A stretch of 64,000 nt of DNA from Mastigocoleus sp. (GCA_050042865.1 JBHJJE010000084.1:1-64000), one strand, 5' to 3'. Counted from the first letter of the stretch, positions 40,799 through 51,878 are shown. The notes: generated by a model from the letters alone, not told the origin. Made by a program: numbers and translations.

Positions 40799-41274
40799 TA
40801 AGGAAAGTCAAAAAATCAAAATCAGTTATAATACTTAAGTTTGTCAGTTGAATTAATACATTAATAGATGGTTTGAAAATTATGACAACTGATAGGAAAT
40901 AAAATTCCTATTTTTTTTGCTGTTTGAATTCAAAGGTTTGAGTAAACGAAGGTCTGTGAGCTTTCCCTAAATTCACCAGTTTTGTTAGACCCTGTTTATA
41001 AGGACTGTAAATTTAGTATATTTGTATCAACATAGTCACATTAAAGTATCAAGTATGGCAAAATAATATTTGTTGTCTGGACTTCACTTGACTAGTGTTG
41101 TAAAGAAGTTTAATTTTTTTGAGGAAATCGTGATAATTCCCCGCAGGGTGACTACATTTGTTAAGAATATTTGTTTAGAGGTTTGTCTAGAATACTCTAT
41201 TTAGTCAAAAAAACCTAGAATAAATCTAAATTTATTCCAGGTTTACTCTAAATATATATACGCATGTATTCCTT

Positions 41275-41559
41275 TTAAGCTTCCACTTTGATACCTCGCC
41301 AAAATGCTAAATAGTTTTCAAAATGTTTTGCCTTTTCTTTTGCATCGGGGTAATACCAAGCAGCTCCTTTACTGACTTGTTCATCTACTTCAATATCATA
41401 GTAATTGGCAATACCTTTCCAAGGACAGTTAGTATGGGTATCAGTTTCACGGGGATATTCTTTCTTGACTGAGTTTGGGGAAAGTTAATGATTACCTTCA
41501 ACTAATATAGTCTGATCGCTTTGAGCGATTACGGTTCCATTCCAGGTTGCTTTTGCCAT
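41275..41559 (-). pseudogene. DUF427 domain protein with in-frame TAA (Tyr codon to stop) at codon 25
   Basis: MAKATWNGTVIAQSDQTILVEGNH*LSPNSVKKEYPRETDTHTNCPWKGIANYYDIEVDEQVSKGAAWYYPDAKEKAKHFENYLAFWRGIKVEA matches DUF427 consensus (…VEGNYYFPPESV…CPWKG…AWYY…); TAA at 41485-41487 (minus) replaces the conserved Tyr. Confidence 0.7.
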
Positions 41560-41883
41560 AATTCCAGATATACAGAATCTATTGTCTGAATTTAATCTCT
41601 AAAATCGATCACTTTAACAAGTTGATAAATAAGATTATCAACTTAAATAGGTACATCTAGACAAAAAATCTTGAATATTTCATTTTTATACTGTATCTAT
41701 CCTCGCGGAGAAAAAATTTTAGCATTTTTAGTCTAGGACTATTATTTTGTCTTCAACAGTAAAGACAAAAAGCTAAAACAAAGAGTAAGACAGTGTAATA
41801 CTGACGATTGATTTTCCCTTCCCCATCCTGAATGAAAAAGTTTCAGCTTGAAGCAATTTTTTGGTCTAAGAGTGAGGTTATAA

Positions 41884-42540
41884 ATGAAACGGGCAATTTT
41901 TTTAGATATTGAAGGTACGCTGACACAACCAATTTCTAGTAGTTCTGAGTATTTCACTTCTGAGTATGTAAAGCTTCTACCTGGTGTAGAAACAGCATTA
42001 AATTATTATTTGAGTCGAGAACCAGAACAGTTGATTGTGGGAATTAGCAATAGAGGGGAAGACGGAGAATTATATTTAGAGCAAGATTTAGAGGAAGATT
42101 CAGAGCAAGATGAAGAAGCACAATTAGAAGAATACTTATCAAATAACTCAGAAATAATTGATGTTCCCATTCACCAACCCCAAAGTAATGTTGATATTGT
42201 GATTGAGGAGATGAAATATACTCTCTCATTACTCCCACAGTTAAAAGCGATTTATTTTTGTCCTAATATGAAAGGACGCAGTTGTTGGCGAGTAACTCGC
42301 AATAGTGCAGTAAAAATTTCCAAGGATTTGAATAATCATGAGACTTATATTCCTCAAAAACACTCATTTCGCAAACCCGGTGCAGGAATGATATTTGTTG
42401 CATCTCTTGATTATGATATCGATTTAGACCAATCTTGGATGGTAGGAACCACTGCTGAGGATAAAGATGCAGCTGCTAATGCTCAAATTGATTTTATGCC
42501 AGCAAGGCAATGGCGCAATCAATTTTTGAGCGTGACTTGA
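41884..42540 (+). CDS. HAD-IIIA family hydrolase (GmhB/histidinol-phosphatase-like) with acidic insert
   Basis: Motif I FLDIEGTL (variant of DxDGTL), KPGAGM (KPxPGM), MVGTTAEDKDAA (motif IV). Confidence 0.55.
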   Translation: MKRAIFLDIEGTLTQPISSSSEYFTSEYVKLLPGVETALNYYLSREPEQLIVGISNRGEDGELYLEQDLEEDSEQDEEAQLEEYLSNNSEIIDVPIHQPQSNVDIVIEEMKYTLSLLPQLKAIYFCPNMKGRSCWRVTRNSAVKISKDLNNHETYIPQKHSFRKPGAGMIFVASLDYDIDLDQSWMVGTTAEDKDAAANAQIDFMPARQWRNQFLSVT

Positions 42541-42609
42541 GGGATAATATTAGGGGGTAATTTGAGATTCACCCCCTGAGGCTTTGATTTTGAATTCTAT
42601 AAGACTAAT

Positions 42610-43170
42610 TTGCTGATGAATATTATTTTGGAGACCGAAAGAATTATTCTACGGCAGTTTATCGAAGCTGATGTGGATGATTTATTGGAGTTAAATAGCG
42701 ATAACGATGTCGTTAAGTACACTCCTGATGCTGGTTGTTCATTTGATTATGCCCAAACTCAAGTAAAAATCGCTGAAATTATTGAGTCCTATCAGAGATA
42801 TAATGGTTATGGCATCTGGGCAGCAATTGAAAAGTCATCCCACAGTTTCATCGGTTGGTTCTTATTTCGTCCTGTAGTTGATGCATCTTACTTCGATCCC
42901 AATTTGGCAAATGAAGATGATATTGAACTAGGTTATCGTTTGAAAAAAGTCTTCTGGGGTCGAGGTTATGCAACCGAAGTTTCCCAAGCTTTAATTGATA
43001 AAGGCTGGGAATCAGGAATACAGAAGGTTTTAGCAGTTGCGATCGCTGCAAATAAGGCTTCTGTTCGAGTTATGGGAAAAGTCGGTTTACAGTTTAAACA
43101 TAGGTTTGTCTATGAAGGTATTGGACAAGAAGTTGTTATATATGCTCTTGATAATCCTCTGGTAAGATAA
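42610..43170 (+). CDS. GNAT-family N-acetyltransferase (RimJ/RimL-like)
   Basis: LRQF.E.D...L.EL N-terminus typical of RimL-type acetyltransferases; motif A region GRGYATE. Confidence 0.7.
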   Translation: MLMNIILETERIILRQFIEADVDDLLELNSDNDVVKYTPDAGCSFDYAQTQVKIAEIIESYQRYNGYGIWAAIEKSSHSFIGWFLFRPVVDASYFDPNLANEDDIELGYRLKKVFWGRGYATEVSQALIDKGWESGIQKVLAVAIAANKASVRVMGKVGLQFKHRFVYEGIGQEVVIYALDNPLVR

Positions 43171-43381
43171 ATCCCAATTATTCCCAATCATTTCCATAAT
43201 ACCGAATAACGGAAAAAGTAAATATTCCATAATTCCGGTTGAATGCAGATAACCTCATTACACCCCACTATATCTATTCCCGATGTAATAAGTAAAATTC
43301 CACCTTTGAGAGCAGGTCTAATCGGGTGTAGTATTGTATCATTAACATATACTACATATTTTTATATAAACTATTGCAGCC

Positions 43382-45850
43382 TTGATACAGTCTGAGACTT
43401 TAGAACTTCTTGAGTGGTTTCGCCTTTGTCAGCACCTTTCTACCTTTGCTTCCACTAAGCTGGGTGCTATTGCTGCACGTAACCTAGAAATCCCTGACTC
43501 TTTAATAGTTAGCGAAAATTTATTATCTCAAACAAAAGAAATATATGAATTAGATAGTCGTCAAAATGGCGGACTATCTTTTGATGGAATTAAAAGTATT
43601 GGTAGTTTCCTAGAAAGAGCAGAACTCAGAGGAGTTTTAGCAGGAGAGGAACTTTTAGCGATCGCAACGACTCTTGCAGGTGCAAGAAATTTACGTAGGG
43701 TCGTTGATAATCATCCCGATTTAGAAATTCTCAATCAGTTGGTAGCGGATTTAAGAACTTATCCAGAATTAGAAAAAGAAATTCATCGCTGTATTGATGA
43801 TAGAGGTGAAGTTGCTGACCGTGCAAGTCAGAAACTCACCGATATCCGGGAATCCTTGCGGGGACAACGTCGTCAAATAACTCAAAAACTACATAATATA
43901 CTACAAGTTAAATCAGGTGCAGTCCAAGAGCAGATAATTACTCAACGAGGCGATCGCTATGTAATTCCGGTGAAGGCGCCCCAAAAGGATGGAATTCCTG
44001 GTATAGTTCACGATACATCTACTAGCGGTTCTACTCTTTATATCGAGCCAAATTCGATTGTTTCTATGGGGAACAAATTAAGAGAATTGCTCAAGAGAGA
44101 ACAGGTGGAATGTGAAGCTATTCGTCGTGCTCTCACAGCAAAGGTAGCCGAAGTTAAACCAGATTTAGATAGATTAGTCGAAATCGTGACAATCTTGGAT
44201 TTAGCAGCAGCTAGAGCTAGATATAGTGAATGGTTAGAAGCTAATCCCCCGCGTTTCGTCAAGCGTGAAGAAAAAGAAACAATTACTCTGAGAAAATTAC
44301 GTCATCCTCTATTAGTATGGCAGCAAAAACATGAAGAGGGACAACCAGTTATACCTGTAGATTTACTGGTTAAGCCTCATATCAAAGTTGTAACTATTAC
44401 AGGACCCAACACCGGTGGAAAAACAGTTACTTTAAAAACCTTGGGTTTAGCGGCTTTAATGGCAAAAGTTGGACTATTTATACCAGCCCGGGAACCAGTA
44501 GAAATGCCTTGGTTCAGTCAAATTTTAGCAGATATTGGTGACGAACAGTCCTTACAGCAAAGTTTATCTACCTTTTCTGGTCATATTCGCCGCATTAGTC
44601 GGATTCTCGAAGCTATAGAATCAGAAGTTATTGAAACCGAAGATATACAATCAGAAGATATTGAAACAGAAAAGTCAGAAAATACAGAAAAACATAACAA
44701 CCTTACTGCAAATAACTCCCAATCATTAATTCTCCTAGATGAAGTCGGTGCAGGAACAGACCCAGCCGAAGGTAGTGCTTTAGCGATCGCCTTATTACGT
44801 CATTTAGCGAAAGCTGCCCAGTTAACAATGGCTAGTACACACTTTGGGGAACTAAAAGCATTAAAATATCAGGATGAGCGGTTTGAAAATGCTTCCGTAG
44901 AATTTGACGAAGCCACATTATCCCCCACCTACAGGCTTTTATGGGGAATACCCGGACGCTCCAACGCACTTGCGATCGCTCAACGTTTGGGATTAAGAAC
45001 CGATGTGATTGCAGCAGCAAAAAATGAGATGGGAGGTGGTAGCGATGATGTGAATCAGGTAATTGCTGGTTTAGAGGCACAACGTCGCACTCAAGAAACC
45101 AAAGCTGCACAAGCCGAAGATTTGTTACAGCAAACTGAGCGCTTACACCGAGAACTTTATCAAAAATCCGCAGAACTGCAGGAGCGAGAAAAAGCATTAC
45201 GTGCTTCCCAAGAAATCGCTGTCCAGAAAGCCATAGCAGAAGCCAAAGGTGAAATTGCCAAAGTAATTCGACGCTTACAAAAAGGCGAATCCACTGCCCA
45301 ACAAGCTCAAAAAGCTACCAACATCGTCAATAAAATTGCTGAGAAATATACCCCCAAAGCAGAACCGAAACCGAAACTAGGGTATATGCCAAAATTAGGC
45401 GATCGCATCCGTATTAGCAAACTAGGACAAACTGCAGAAGTAATTAGCGAACCTAACGAAGATGGGGAACTGACCGCCAGATTTGGAATAATGAAAATGA
45501 CGGTGAAGTTAGAAGATATTGAGTCCTTGGATGGTAAAAAGCCAGAACCAGCACCCAAAGCGAAAGCAGCACCTCCACCATCTCCAACACCCCAACAGGA
45601 AGCTCCAGCAATTCGTACCTCTCGTAACACCTTTGATATCCGTGGGAAACGAGTCGCTGATTCAGAGATAATTTTAGATAAAGCAATTTCCGAAGCAGCA
45701 GGACAAATTTGGATTATTCACGGACACGGTACAGGTAAACTACGTCAAGGAGTCCATGCTTTTTTAAAACAGCATCCCAGGGTGAAAAACTTTGAAGCAG
45801 CAGAACGTGCTGATGGTGGTAGTGGAGTAACTATTGCTTATGTTGATTAG
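43382..45850 (+). CDS. mutS2: endonuclease MutS2 (MutS domain III-V + C-terminal Smr domain)
   Basis: Walker A ITGPNTGGKTVTLKT, LLDEVGAGTDP, C-terminal Smr IDIRGKRVADSE...HGHGTGKLRQGVHAFLKQHPRV. Confidence 0.92.
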   Translation: MIQSETLELLEWFRLCQHLSTFASTKLGAIAARNLEIPDSLIVSENLLSQTKEIYELDSRQNGGLSFDGIKSIGSFLERAELRGVLAGEELLAIATTLAGARNLRRVVDNHPDLEILNQLVADLRTYPELEKEIHRCIDDRGEVADRASQKLTDIRESLRGQRRQITQKLHNILQVKSGAVQEQIITQRGDRYVIPVKAPQKDGIPGIVHDTSTSGSTLYIEPNSIVSMGNKLRELLKREQVECEAIRRALTAKVAEVKPDLDRLVEIVTILDLAAARARYSEWLEANPPRFVKREEKETITLRKLRHPLLVWQQKHEEGQPVIPVDLLVKPHIKVVTITGPNTGGKTVTLKTLGLAALMAKVGLFIPAREPVEMPWFSQILADIGDEQSLQQSLSTFSGHIRRISRILEAIESEVIETEDIQSEDIETEKSENTEKHNNLTANNSQSLILLDEVGAGTDPAEGSALAIALLRHLAKAAQLTMASTHFGELKALKYQDERFENASVEFDEATLSPTYRLLWGIPGRSNALAIAQRLGLRTDVIAAAKNEMGGGSDDVNQVIAGLEAQRRTQETKAAQAEDLLQQTERLHRELYQKSAELQEREKALRASQEIAVQKAIAEAKGEIAKVIRRLQKGESTAQQAQKATNIVNKIAEKYTPKAEPKPKLGYMPKLGDRIRISKLGQTAEVISEPNEDGELTARFGIMKMTVKLEDIESLDGKKPEPAPKAKAAPPPSPTPQQEAPAIRTSRNTFDIRGKRVADSEIILDKAISEAAGQIWIIHGHGTGKLRQGVHAFLKQHPRVKNFEAAERADGGSGVTIAYVD

Positions 45851-46365
45851 TTGATGTGTCAGTCGTGAATGTATAGATTTGTTATGCAATTATTGTAGGG
45901 GTGCAAGGTTTGCGCTCTGATTATTGCAGGAATGACCACAATTGTCAGTCGCTACCCTCCAATTCAAAATTAGTAATACCCTACGGGAACGTTTTCAACG
46001 AACAAATATAGCAGTTTTTATTTGAGTTAAATACAATCTTGTGGAATGAAAATCCCTCCCAGTGGTAATTCACAAATTTACTTTGTATTGCAGTCAACCG
46101 AAAAGCGCTATAGCCCTCTTCTGTCATACTCCGAAAAGTCTTATAATTTCTAATCTATTTAACTGTTGCGTGTTAAGCAGTTGCCCAATTATTTGTTAAT
46201 ATGATTTCAGCAAAATGGAAAATTGACAGAATTTTGACTCAAAACATCTCAAACTATTGATATTACATCTCTTGAAAACTTTTTATTAATAGGAGAAACC
46301 GGAAAGTGACAGAAGAGGGATAGTTAAATGGTATTACACAATTCTATTTAAATTTATGTTCTCAG

Positions 46366-46629
46366 CTATATGCGAGAATTTATATATTTTGTCAAACTAT
46401 TAACAACATTTCTTGCCCATTTTTCCCCTTGTTTTTTCCCAGAATGTAAACTAGTTGCAACAGTTTTATCTTGACTATCGCGTATAGTTACAAGCCATTC
46501 TTCACTTTCTGGAATTTCCTTAAAATTGATTGCAAACTGACAGTCTAGAAGATTAATCATGAGTAGTAGATAAAAAGACTTATGATTTATCTTAATCACG
46601 CAGTAATCTCTTGACTTGCGCAAAAACAA
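46366..46629 (-). CDS. DUF1508 (YegP-like) domain protein; true start probably internal Met at about 46560
   Basis: FAINFKEIPESEEWLVTIRDSQDKTVATSLHSGKKQGEKWARNVVNSL fits YegP pattern F.I....GEW.....A.NG..IA.SEGY.SK. Confidence 0.5.
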   Translation of the reverse strand: MFLRKSRDYCVIKINHKSFYLLLMINLLDCQFAINFKEIPESEEWLVTIRDSQDKTVATSLHSGKKQGEKWARNVVNSLTKYINSRI

Positions 46630-46677
46630 CCAATTTATACAAGTCTCTAAGTCCTCTACAGTGTAATTCCGTAACGC

Positions 46678-46708
46678 GATCGCCTACAGCGGGTGCTTAC
46701 CGCACCAT
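46678..46708 (+). repeat. HIP1-bearing hairpin mini-element, copy 3 (31 nt, GATCGCCTACAGCGGGTGCTTACCGCACCAT)
   Basis: Same element as 242..271 and 11387..11416 with one extra T in the loop. Confidence 0.8.
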
Positions 46709-46889
46709 CGTCTAGCGGGACTTAGACATTTTTTTGGGTCAAAAAAGACTCAAAGCTTTATATGTCAATGATTTTACATCGAATTGGTTATTTTCTTGAT
46801 ATATCTGAGTTTGAGCGATTTTTTAGGCTTTGACGTATATTCTTTGCCCTGACGACCTTTGAGGCTTTTTCCTCCTTGTTTTTGTCTAA

Positions 46890-47056
46890 GTCCCGCTAAT
46901 AATGAGGCAGAACGGGCTTTACGCCATGCTGTAATTGCACGACGTATTAGCTATGGAACACGCACCAGTGAAGGTAGTTTGGCTTATTGTTCTGTTTTGA
47001 GTGTTATTGAAACTTGCCGTTTGAGAAAAGTTGACCCTTGGAATTATATTGCTTAA
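46890..47056 (+). pseudogene. IS66-family transposase C-terminal fragment
   Basis: ANNEAERALRHAVIARRISYGTRTSEGSLAYCSVLSVIETCRLRKVDPWNYIA matches the IS66 TnpC C-terminus (NNxAERALRP...GRKNWLF.GS..G...A.IYSLI.TCKLNGVDP); no upstream transposase body; preceded by 12-bp inverted repeats CGGGACTTAGAC (46716) / GTCTAAGTCCCG (46878). Confidence 0.65.
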
Positions 47057-47173
47057 GTTCTTACTCAAGCTCGTCGAGGTATAAAAAATCCTCCTATTCC
47101 TGTTACTTCCTAATTACTTTTTTGGGGGGAGAGTGAATAACTACTAATCTAATTATTAACTACTAATTACTAA

Positions 47174-47953
47174 CTACGAATTTAATTGACGCTGCGCTTC
47201 ATATAACATTAAAGCAGCAGACACAGCTACATTCAAAGACTCCACACCCTCAGCTAAAGGAATTTTTGCCTGTACATCAACCATTTGGGTTAACTCTTTC
47301 GACAAACCAGCACCTTCATTTCCCATCAAAATCAAACTTGGTCGCTTCCAATCTATTTCCCAATAGGTTAAAGCTGCATTTGGTATAGTTGCAATTATCT
47401 GCATCTGCGCATTGCGAGCTTTTTCTACTGTAACTTTTAAATCTTCGCTGACACCTATTGGTAATCTGAACCATTGTCCTGCACTTGCACGCAAAACTTT
47501 AGGATTATCTAAATCGACACTGTTTTTACTTACCCATAACCCAGAAGCACCTGCTGCTGCTGCTGTACGAATCATCGTTCCTAAATTTCCTGGGTCTTGT
47601 ATGGTCTCTAATCCTAACACCAAACCACTGAAGGGAACTTCTTGAGACTGTAAACCTTTAGCAGCGGTCGCTATTACCCCATCAGGCTGTACAGTAGTTG
47701 CCATAGATTTAAGAACTTCAGCAGAAACAATCTCTACGCGATCGCTGAGTCTTGTGATAGTATTCCACAGTTCCCTATGCATTATCTGCCACTGTTCGGT
47801 ACAGCATACATTTATCAGAGGGTAATCGACAGCACAAGCTTCCTCTAACAGATGGGTTCCCTCCAGAATAAATAAATTCTGCTTATTACGCTCTTTAGCA
47901 GAGTGTAACTTCCGAATTTGCTTGACCAAAGGATTTTGTAAACTTGTTAACAC
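47174..47953 (-). CDS. TrmH/SpoU-family RNA 2'-O-methyltransferase (RlmB-like)
   Basis: SpoU motifs GLETIQDPGNLGTMIRTAAAAG, LILMGNEGAGLS, PLAEGVESLNVAVSAALMLYE. Confidence 0.85.
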   Translation of the reverse strand: MLTSLQNPLVKQIRKLHSAKERNKQNLFILEGTHLLEEACAVDYPLINVCCTEQWQIMHRELWNTITRLSDRVEIVSAEVLKSMATTVQPDGVIATAAKGLQSQEVPFSGLVLGLETIQDPGNLGTMIRTAAAAGASGLWVSKNSVDLDNPKVLRASAGQWFRLPIGVSEDLKVTVEKARNAQMQIIATIPNAALTYWEIDWKRPSLILMGNEGAGLSKELTQMVDVQAKIPLAEGVESLNVAVSAALMLYEAQRQLNS

Positions 47954-48171
47954 AATATAAATTATTGCTCAGCTCTAAGGAATCACTTAATCTAAACAAA
48001 AATACTAAGGTGGTTTGCAGAAAATAATTTTACCAATGATTAGGGCGCAAACTTTGTACTCCTAAAATTGTACTCCTAAAATATATTTGCGGTATCGTGG
48101 TAGTTTAAATTGCCTATTTCTCCTAATTGCTATATTCACCGACTAAACTTACTAACTGAACCTGCTCTAAA

Positions 48172-48256
48172 TGCGGAACCCGGGACTTGAACCCGGAAGT
48201 CCTAAACGGACACTAGAATCTGAATCTAGCGCGTCTACCAATTCCGCCAGTTCCGC
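48172..48256 (-). tRNA. tRNA-Leu(CAG), type II, CCA not encoded
   Basis: Reverse complement GCGGAACTGGCGGAATTGGTAGACGCGCTAGATTCAGATTCTAGTGTCCGTTTAGGACTTCCGGGTTCAAGTCCCGGGTTCCGCA: acceptor GCGGAAC/GTTCCGC, ac loop TTCAGAT, long variable arm, T GGTTCAAGTCC. Confidence 0.9.
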
Positions 48257-48802
48257 GTCTTTTCTATTTCAATAACTGTCATATCAATTTTTTCTAATTT
48301 TTAAACTAGTTTAAGAAATTTTTAAATAAGTTTTAGAAATTTATATTAAACTATTTTTTTAATAAATTTCTAATTTTTTCTAATCTAATCTTCTAATCTA
48401 ATTTAATTAACTAAATTAATATCTAACAGTTTTTTCACAGCTTTTAATTATTGCTCATATTTTCTCTACTTGTCAAGTAATAAAAATAAAGTACCTTCAC
48501 GAACATAAAATCATAACCAGAGTTAATTAGTACTTTTGCAAGTCTTTGATCACTTTTTTCTTAAACATGATTAATTTAGTATACTATTACACTTTCTTTT
48601 CAAGAACATGACTATATTGCCCGTAATCTATTCACAGTAGGCTTTCTGCCTAATCATTAGTTTCATAAACCCTTTATCCAACAATATAAATTTACCCCTT
48701 TTACAGAATTACTCTTTTTTATGTAATGAAAAAATGTAGACAAATCAAATCTTTACTGTAGAATCAAAACCAACTTGAAGTAAGTAAAATTAACCTTTTA
48801 GG

Positions 48803-50200
48803 ATGGGAGGTAGGCTTATTAATTACTCCAGTGGCTTGCCGAGTGCAAAGCCCTCAGAAACAGTAGACTCCTCAGTCTTACGAATTTGGGGGGGTAATTC
48901 TTTACAAGGTCATGTCAGAGTTAGTGGTGCAAAAAACTCAGCACTAGTTATTATGGCTGGAGCACTTCTATGTTCGGGAGACTGTCGAATTCGCAATGTG
49001 CCTTTACTAGCAGATGTGAAGCGTATGGCTCAAGTTCTCTCAGCATTAGGAGTAGATATTAAGCAAGATGGCGATACTTTGGATGTTAATGCCAAAGATT
49101 TCTCCATGCCAAAAGCTCCTTACGAATTGGTTACTCAATTGAGAGCAAGCTTTTTCGCAATTGGTTCTATAGTCGCAAGACTAGGAGAAGCACAAATGCC
49201 TTTACCAGGTGGTTGTGCAATTGGAGCTAGACCAGTGGATCTCCATGTCCGGGGACTGCAAGCAATGGGAGCCAATGTTGAAATTGAACATGGCATATGT
49301 AATGCTTACATACCAGGTAACAATCGTCGTTTAAAAGGAGCCAAAATTTATTTGGATTCTCCTAGCGTGGGAGCGACCGAAACTTTAATGATGGCAGCAA
49401 CCCTCGCAGATGGTGAAACTATCCTTGAAAATGCAGCTAGAGAACCAGAAGTTGTTGACTTAGCTAATTTCTGTATTTCTATGGGTGCAAAAATTCAAGG
49501 TGCTGGAACCAGTACAATTACCATTGAAGGTGTACCTGAATTACACTCAACGGACTACACAATTATTCCAGATCGTATTGAAGCCGGAACATTCTTAGTT
49601 GCTGGTGCCATAACTCGGTCCGAAATTATATTATCCCCAGTAGCACCAGAACATCTCATTCCAGTTATAGCTAAATTGGAAGAGATGGGGGTTGAAATCA
49701 TTAAAGAAGCTCAGGATTGTCTACGGGTAAAAGCTGTAGAAAAAATTACTGCTACCGACATTGATACATTACCTCATCCTGGTTTTCCCACGGATATGCA
49801 AGCGCCATTTATGTCCTTATTATCAGTAGCGGAAGGCGATAGCGTTATCAATGAAACAGTATTTGAAAATCGTTTGCGTCATGCTTCCGAACTCAACCGT
49901 TTAGGAGCAGATATTCGAGTCAAGGGAAATACTGCATTCGTTAGAGGTGTACCGCAACTGTCTGGGGCACCTGTGATGGGAACAGACTTACGAGCAACAG
50001 CAGCCCTTGTTATTGCAGGACTAGCAGCAGACCAAGTAACAACTGTTGAAGGATTACAACACCTTGACCGTGGCTATGACCGATTGGATATAAAGCTACA
50101 ACAATTAGGCGCAAAAATTGAGCGCGTTAATTTGGAAAAAGCGGAAACCCAAGTTACAGAAAAATCCAGCGATAATAATGAACACCCTGTTTCTACTTAA
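48803..50200 (+). CDS. murA: UDP-N-acetylglucosamine 1-carboxyvinyltransferase (MurA); annotated start may be ~20 codons too far upstream
   Basis: [47 protein letters not shown] matches the MurA N-terminus; full-length EPT fold. Confidence 0.92.
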   Translation: MGGRLINYSSGLPSAKPSETVDSSVLRIWGGNSLQGHVRVSGAKNSALVIMAGALLCSGDCRIRNVPLLADVKRMAQVLSALGVDIKQDGDTLDVNAKDFSMPKAPYELVTQLRASFFAIGSIVARLGEAQMPLPGGCAIGARPVDLHVRGLQAMGANVEIEHGICNAYIPGNNRRLKGAKIYLDSPSVGATETLMMAATLADGETILENAAREPEVVDLANFCISMGAKIQGAGTSTITIEGVPELHSTDYTIIPDRIEAGTFLVAGAITRSEIILSPVAPEHLIPVIAKLEEMGVEIIKEAQDCLRVKAVEKITATDIDTLPHPGFPTDMQAPFMSLLSVAEGDSVINETVFENRLRHASELNRLGADIRVKGNTAFVRGVPQLSGAPVMGTDLRATAALVIAGLAADQVTTVEGLQHLDRGYDRLDIKLQQLGAKIERVNLEKAETQVTEKSSDNNEHPVST

Positions 50201-50571
50201 TTTTACTTAATATCTTATATGCTTGGAGATAGCTGATATTGGTCGGAATAATAATCTCAAGAAGTAAAATTTGAATATATAGTAATACTCCACGAAGATG
50301 TTTTAACAGTAATATTTTCGTGGAGTAATTAATTCGTTAATTTGTAAAATACTTAGAGAAATTGTGGAAAATTGGGAAAGCCCTCTGCAACTTTTACACA
50401 AATTAGATAGAATAACTTTTATCGAGCTAACTGTAGTTTGTTAATCGACTTGATTGCGAACAATTGTTATGATGCGATCGCATTCGTCTACTGACAGTTT
50501 TTACCAAAGAGTCTTCAAAGACAAACTCCCAGGTTGCTCAAATTGTATTTTATTTAAAAACTTGCTTTGCT

Positions 50572-51447
50572 ATGCCTTCCTTAAAGACTCAGTTGATTGG
50601 TCTAAGAGCAGATTCTTTCCGTCATCCTTTAGATTTAGAAGCAACTAAAGCACTTAAGCAAATACCAGGTGTAGATATGTTGGTGCGAAATCTCCTGGGT
50701 CCTGTAGCAGAGCAAGTTTTTTATGTCGAGAATATCGCTTCAAGTGTCTTAGTTAGCGACAAACAACTCCCAGATTTGCATAAACTTTTGTTAGAAGCTG
50801 CAAAAGTTTTGGATATCGAACCACCTCAACTGTATGTTAGACAGCATCCGGCTCCTAACGCTTACACTTTCGCGATGCGAGGTAAACAGCCCTTCGTGAT
50901 GCTGCATAGTTCTTTAGTGGATATGCTTACCCTTGAAGAAATTCAAGCAGTTATAGCTCATGAATTAGGTCATCTCAAATGCGACCATAGTCTCTACTTG
51001 ACTCCAGTCAACTTATTAATTCTTGCAACTGCTAGCGTACCTGTCATTGGTGTCTTTATTGCCCAAGGAATTCAGTCACAGCTCTTAGAATGGATACGTT
51101 GTGCAGAATTTACCTGCGATCGCGCAGCTCTTTTGGCTACCCAAAATCCTAAAGTTGTAATGTCAGTATTAATGAAATTAGCTGGTGGTTCCCCAAATTT
51201 ATCATCTCAACTGAACCTAGATGCCTTTATTGACCAGGCACGTGCTTATGAAGATATCAGTAAAACTGAATTGGGCGAACTAGTCAAAGCTTCTCGTACC
51301 TCTCAACTCACTCATCCAGTACCAGTACTGCGTGCAAGAGAAATAGATCGCTGGTCAAGCAGCAAAGAATATCAAAAACTTTTACAAAATTCAGGAATAG
51401 GTTATAATAGTCAAGTTGAATCAAAGGGCGAGTGGCGAAATTGGTAG
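50572..51447 (+). CDS. M48-family zinc metallopeptidase (HtpX-like)
   Basis: HEXXH HELGHLKCDH, downstream TM segments and E ligand region; last about 22 nt overlap the tRNA-Leu(CAA) gene so the true stop may be earlier. Confidence 0.8.
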   Translation: MPSLKTQLIGLRADSFRHPLDLEATKALKQIPGVDMLVRNLLGPVAEQVFYVENIASSVLVSDKQLPDLHKLLLEAAKVLDIEPPQLYVRQHPAPNAYTFAMRGKQPFVMLHSSLVDMLTLEEIQAVIAHELGHLKCDHSLYLTPVNLLILATASVPVIGVFIAQGIQSQLLEWIRCAEFTCDRAALLATQNPKVVMSVLMKLAGGSPNLSSQLNLDAFIDQARAYEDISKTELGELVKASRTSQLTHPVPVLRAREIDRWSSSKEYQKLLQNSGIGYNSQVESKGEWRNW

Positions 51448-51507
51448 ACGCACCACACTCAAAATGTGGCGTAGCAATACGTGTCGGTTCGAGTCCGACC
51501 TTGCCCA
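51426..51507 (+). tRNA. tRNA-Leu(CAA), type II, CCA not encoded
   Basis: GGGCGAGTGGCGAAATTGGTAGACGCACCACACTCAAAATGTGGCGTAGCAATACGTGTCGGTTCGAGTCCGACCTTGCCCA; acceptor GGGCGAG/CTTGCCC, ac loop CTCAAAA, long variable arm. Confidence 0.9.
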
Positions 51508-51658
51508 TATACTTATATATTTTTGTTTAATTAAGAACTCTAATTGAAATTTAATTTAGTTGAGTTTATTTTAGATTTACTTTTTAAATTTAATTTGCAG
51601 CCATCAACTTAATTAAGATTAAGTTGATTAATTTTTCTAAGGCTCAATTGACAGATTT

Positions 51659-51814
51659 CAGGACTTACGCAAAACCTACGTAACTCCGTCCGAGACCGTT
51701 TGCGTAGCATGTCCGTTAGGACTTTCCGTTTGCGAAGTAATCGCAAAAACTCTGAGATTGCTTCCCTACACTACGTTTCGGTCGCAATGACAAATCGACC
51801 TTGCGTAAGTCCTG
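51659..51814. mobile_element. MITE-like element: 14-bp perfect terminal inverted repeats CAGGACTTACGCAA / TTGCGTAAGTCCTG around about 128 bp with internal TTGCG(A/T)AG repeats
   Basis: Direct read; interior contains TTGTCATTGCGA (as reverse complement), a motif also seen at about 14118 and about 17017. Confidence 0.6.
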
Positions 51815-51878
51815 GATTTGATATTATTCCATATTATGTAGTATAATTGAAATACATAATTGAAGCAGTGAGGTTGCT

